Shown piece after piece: positions 63,601-64,000 of a stretch of DNA of 64,000 nucleotides; position 1 is the first letter of the stretch, and each line of letters starts with the position of its first letter. The stretch comes from an uncultured Gemmatimonadales bacterium (GTDB taxonomy: Bacteria > Gemmatimonadota > Gemmatimonadetes > Gemmatimonadales > GWC2-71-9). The stretch spans positions 448,001-512,000 of the forward strand of contig CAVSQW010000007.1 in the NCBI GenBank assembly GCA_963730185.1, written 5' to 3'. Under the pieces are notes generated by a model that ran no database searches, had not been told where the DNA came from, and saw nothing but the letters and a program-made list of their open reading frames with translations. The translations under genes were made by a program, and so were the position numbers.

Positions 63601-64000
63601 ATGCTCCCTCTCCTGCTACCCACCCTGCTCGCGGTCGCGTCGGGGCCGATCGTCGAGCCGATTACCTGGCAGATCGATCCCACCCACTCGGAGCTCACCT
63701 TTCGGGTCCGGCACCTGGTGAGCCGGGTGCCCGGCACCTTCACCTCGTGGGGCGGGACCATCGTCGCCGACCCGAACGACCTGGCCGACGGAACGGTCGA
63801 GGTCACGATCGACGCCGCCAGCATCACGACCCGAAACGAGCGGCGGGATACCGATCTCCGGTCATCGAACTTCTTCGCGGTCGACAGCTTTCCCAAGATC
63901 ACCTTCAAGAGCACCAAGGTCGCGGTCCAAGGCTCGGCCATCACGGTCACCGGCGACCTGACGATGCGCGGCGTGAAGGAGTCGGTCACCCTGACCGGCG
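63601..64000 (+). CDS. YceI family protein (truncated by window end)
   Basis: Translated directly from the sequence: MLPLLLPTLL...WQIDPTHSELTFRVRHLVSRVPGTF...SITTRNERRDTDLRSSNFF...FPKITFKS...GDLTMRG. Confidence 0.9.
   Translation, partial: MLPLLLPTLLAVASGPIVEPITWQIDPTHSELTFRVRHLVSRVPGTFTSWGGTIVADPNDLADGTVEVTIDAASITTRNERRDTDLRSSNFFAVDSFPKITFKSTKVAVQGSAITVTGDLTMRGVKESVTLTG

Overview
High-GC bacterial chromosomal window, densely coding with about 50 genes. Gene content (SusC/SusD pair, ECF-Ser/Thr kinase pair, many secreted serine hydrolases) suggests Gemmatimonadota, which is an inference. No rRNA, tRNA, CRISPR array or transposase is recognisable. In order it holds: the 3' part of an Lhr-like helicase; a signalling block (ECF sigma + frameshifted TPR kinase; sensor kinase + REC-Ser/Thr kinase hybrid + sigma-54 activator; REC-REC-CheX protein); a MarR/VOC/aldolase/MFS locus; many exported amidohydrolases, peptidases and SxxK serine hydrolases around a GntR regulator and susCD; bioBDFA; an XRE regulator divergent from aceB-aceA; a three-gene operon of a ZU5/HFS lipoprotein, TPR-HD-GYP and TPR protein; DUF1015-serA-serC; SufE, two rhodaneses and a partial YceI. 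The best candidates for undescribed systems are (1) the ZU5 'HFS' autoproteolytic lipoprotein coupled to TPR receptors and an HD-GYP phosphodiesterase, a possible peptide-to-c-di-GMP signal, (2) a histidine kinase with two paralogous receivers, one driving a Ser/Thr kinase, and (3) a putative GntR regulon for D-amino-acid/peptide scavenging. All calls come from motif recognition by eye; no searches were run.
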